From: an uncultured Gemmatimonadaceae bacterium
GTDB lineage: Bacteria > Gemmatimonadota > Gemmatimonadetes > Gemmatimonadales > Gemmatimonadaceae
DNA: 64,000 nt
Direction: 5' to 3'
Assembly: GCA_963843845.1 (NCBI GenBank)
Contig: CAWJMB010000006.1
Location: 1 to 64,000 of the forward strand
The notes below the pieces were generated by a model. It saw nothing but the letters and a program-made list of their open reading frames with translations. It did not search any database and had not been told where the DNA came from. Positions within the stretch are counted from its first letter, which is position 1. Each line of letters starts with the position of its first letter. Shown piece by piece: positions 63,782-64,000 of the stretch. Position numbers and translations under genes: made by a program.

Positions 63782-64000
63782 ATGAGTCAGCGCTTCATCG
63801 GCGTGGACGTCGCCAAGGCCACGCTCGATGTGCACGTCCGGCCCGACGGCACGACGCTCCGCGTGCCCAACACGGCCGCCGGCATTCGTAAGCTCGTCGC
63901 CCTGTGCACTCGGCTCGCGCCCGAGCGTGTGGCGGCGGATGCCACGGGCGGCCTCGAGCGCCCACTAGTCGACGCCCTGCGCGCCGCGGGGCAGCCGGTC
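63782..64000 (+). mobile_element. IS110 family transposase/recombinase, N-terminal DEDD domain (runs off window)
   Basis: Own translation: MSQRFIGVDVAKATLDVHVRPDG..PNTAAGIRKL..RVAADATGGLERPL; GGAGG RBS; not in the ORF track. Confidence 0.88.

Noticed and set aside
57117..64000. Genomic island integrated at the tRNA-Ile
   Set aside because: The tRNA 3' end points left toward core genes; no integrase or duplicated tRNA 3' fragment was seen

Overview
Very GC-rich bacterial chromosomal window. Gene content (PadR + duplicated orphan permease pairs, PEP-CTERM proteins, many lipoproteins) is most like Gemmatimonadota; this is inference. About 60 CDS are housekeeping, envelope or signalling genes, including prfC, tkt, an aminotransferase, an MsbA-like ABC exporter, a cyclophilin and a pseudouridine synthase. 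Patches of many frameshifts (about 0.7-1.2, 11.8-22.1, 33.7-35.2 and 53.8-57.0 kb) look like assembly indel errors. Highlights: (1) an integron-type cassette array at 60.3-63.55 kb with six homogeneous attC sites (four near-complete at about 97 bp, two truncated) that decay leftwards, carrying BrnT/BrnA, GNAT, methyltransferase and other cassettes; (2) an IS110-family recombinase abutting the rightmost attC, with a structured ~230-nt upstream leader (candidate bridge RNA); (3) a tRNA-Ile with the rare UAU anticodon; (4) the octamer CGTTAGGC repeatedly embedded in genes through rare TTA Leu codons; (5) a degenerate sigma-region-2/FecR fusion; (6) a thioredoxin-ECF-anti-sigma-porin-cupredoxin-HAMP/Ser-Thr kinase operon; (7) clear PadR and ArsR operator palindromes; (8) a family of large palindromic intergenic repeats between convergent genes. 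All family assignments are from motif recognition by eye; no searches were run.
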